Of a stretch of 34,914 bases of DNA, positions 32,470-34,914 are shown one piece after another. A program made the translations under genes and the position numbers. Position 1 is the first letter of the stretch. Each line of letters opens with the position of its first letter. The notes beneath the pieces are model-generated. The model did no database searches. It saw nothing but the letters and a program-made list of their open reading frames with translations, and had not been told where the DNA came from. Source of the DNA: Phoronis australis (Eukaryota > Animalia > Phoronida); NCBI GenBank assembly GCA_002633005.1, contig NMRA01000806.1, forward strand, positions 39,467 through 74,380, read 5' to 3'.

Positions 32470-34643
32470 CAGGGGGCTTGTAAAACCACTTCTGTGACCA
32501 TTTTAGGGGGGGGCAATTTTGTTTTGATATATTTGATATCTCATAAACCATTTTATTTTGTAAAATTAAAGGTTCAAACTTGCACATTTCCATGAAATTT
32601 GACCTTGAAATTTAGCGAATTCTGCATATTGGACACGGAATAGAACACAATTAAAACAAGGAAATTAGGCGGCCATAATGTGTGACACTGCAAATAATAT
32701 TTCACCAGGATGCATTAAGTCATAAAAACACATATCATTTTTTATATTTCTCACTTTCGAAAAATGCGAATTTAAGGCACATGTCTGAATGATGGTGTAA
32801 TTTGGCCCCATTACAAACATTTTTTTGTTGAAGTTGTAAACAGACATGTATTACCAAACTGACAATGTCGCCTGTTAAATTGATAATACATTATCAAATC
32901 TTTCATTGGTGTAGTTGGAAAGCACTTCGATTTTCTAAAAAATCTTAAACTTGCACAAGATGGCGATAAAGGTTAAACTGTTTGAGATATCATCTTACCT
33001 TCTTTATTTAGAACAAACAATTTGCATTACACAATCCAACTCTTACTATTTTACTTCGTGAACTGTGAGCATTTTCAATTCAAAGAATTAAAGTGAACCC
33101 TGAAATGTCGAGAAAAATCAGTTTGCCTTTATTAAAGTAGAGTAAGGGATTTACACTTCTTTTGATCTTTGACCCTCTAAAAAGAAGTTACACCCCATGC
33201 CGTCTAAGTTTTAGAAAGTTTGGATTCTTGAGATCGATTTTGTATTTTCTAAAATGAAATCGATTGCCGTACCAACACTGAATGAAAAATTAGCTCGTCC
33301 ACTCCGTACAACTGCTTTTTAGACGATGCCGTCCCACCTGACGATGTCTGTTGTAAAGATCCTCAACTGTGACTAGTCCAAGTCCCATCGACTCGTTTCC
33401 ACTGAAATCTATGTTCCCCAAAGACTGATAATCGCTCTACCCGATACTAACGGGTAATGATTCAATTTCTGCGCCACTTCGTGATGTACAACAGATGCAT
33501 GGGCCCACATGCGACACTTACAGTCGGCGTGGGAATTGAAATGAAGACCTTCCAATGAACAGGGTGAACGCATAATTGAAATATTTTTGACAGGGGGAGG
33601 GTGCGATCACCCCTTGTAGTTTTTTGTTGTTTTCTTAAATATGCTCACGCTAGGTCACCTACAACGCTGTATTTCCAAACATACAAAATATCCCGAGGTC
33701 AGGTGACATGTACATAGCAGGTAAACCAGAACTTGTTAGTAAGCTCTCCAAAATTCAAAACAAAGCCACAAAACTATTGGTCAGGAAATAATCCCTAGAT
33801 GATGGTACTTGCTTTTTGTTACCAATCATAGATGTAGAATTCAAAAAAGTAGTCCATTAAAACATCAAGCCCCATCGCTTCACTGACTGAACGGAATGCA
33901 ATGGTTGGGTACGTGTCTATGATCTCTGTCCTAATAACTGAGTGTTGAAATTGGTGCTATGGTGACGACGAAAAATCTACGTCGGAAAAGGTACGTAAAT
34001 GAACAAACTTAAATTTTCTGTTACCGAATACCGAAGCGTAAATAGATTGCATCTTCAAGGCCACAAACATTGCAGGTCATTTAGTGTGAAAAGGCAAAGC
34101 AGTGATCAAATCTTCGCACCAGCTCCGGATTCTTTGGGGTGAAAAGGTAGTAAAAGTAAGCAAAACATTCATGTCCGAGTAGAAAATTTTCTCGCAATGT
34201 TTTTTTGTTTATCTCAATGGCGGAGTGGAAGAACGTTCTTTTTGCAACTCAATGGTCACAGTTTTTGAACAACACTTTGCAATAGCAAAGTGGGTATACA
34301 TGGACAATATGAAGCAATTAGCTGCGTTAGCACCGCCGCGTATGCCTAAGTTAATACCTGCAAGGGCAGAAATTGTTATTGCTAGAGATTCTAAAACGTC
34401 CACTTTTGCCATCGTTTAAAGGGAAGTTGCAAGAGACATTGTTACAACCCAATAATCGCTACTTGGTGTTTGACATTAGATCTATATTTATTCTTATGTA
34501 GTCGTCCATTTACTTAGAGGGATACCAATAATTTTGATGAATTATTGCTCCAAGTCAAGCTCATGCACCTTTTTACTTCAATCATTTCTACATGTTGGAG
34601 CTCACGAAGCTAAGCGGGAGTTCATCTGCATTGCCCCTGTCCG

Positions 34644-34914
34644 CAGGGGCGGATCTACGTTTTCAGTAAGGGGGGGGTTTAGGATTCCCGCAAAGGTCGA
34701 ATCCGAGGCACGTGGCGCCGAGAGGGGGGAGGTCGGGAGGGGGGTTTCCCCCCTCCGTGTAAGACCATTTTTTGTTTTTGTAGCCAAATAGTGAAATTTC
34801 CATGCATCCTGGTAAGTTTCTGGCACTAATAACATGTCTCTTGAGTTTTTCTTAAGATAATTTAAAACCCTTCTCGATTTCGTCGCATGAACGTGGCTCA
34901 CAAGTTTCGTGAAA
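34644..34914 (+). mobile_element. Left part of a hAT-like MITE running off the window
   Basis: Starts CAGGGGCGGATCTA followed by G-runs and GGGAGGGGG..CCCCCTCC, the usual layout of CAGGGGCGGATC-type MITEs. Right TIR not in window. Confidence 0.6.

Noticed and set aside
31619-34901. Short ORFs upstream of SOBP as a third gene
   Set aside because: No consistent exon chain or recognisable domain; the region is AT-rich and contains repeat remnants.

Overview
Animal (most likely invertebrate bilaterian) genomic DNA with two convergent, intron-containing genes; the species cannot be determined from the sequence. On the + strand is a spindle-checkpoint kinase TTK/Mps1, reconstructed as ten frame-consistent GT-AG exons (1748-1924, 3632-3756, 4682-5093, 5539-5635, 5988-6062, 7026-7183, 9273-9439, 11089-11294, 12521-12697, 12868-12933). 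Its 5' end is not established. On the - strand is an apparently complete sine oculis-binding protein homolog SOBP in four coding exons (30885-30799, 24130-23962, 19071-19009, 17328-15827; 606 aa). The introns carry many non-autonomous transposon-like elements, a 34-bp minisatellite and several hairpins. No prokaryotic system, CRISPR array or autonomous transposon was found. The most notable observations are: a Helentron-associated-like (HINE/DINE-like) repeat present in both genes and carrying arrays of CTCF-consensus motifs; a sharp CpG-poor/CpG-rich boundary between the genes; a TTK that stops at the end of the kinase domain; and conserved short linear motifs in SOBP, including a DHAY HCF-1-binding-type motif. 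All calls were made by eye, and comparisons with human proteins are from memory.
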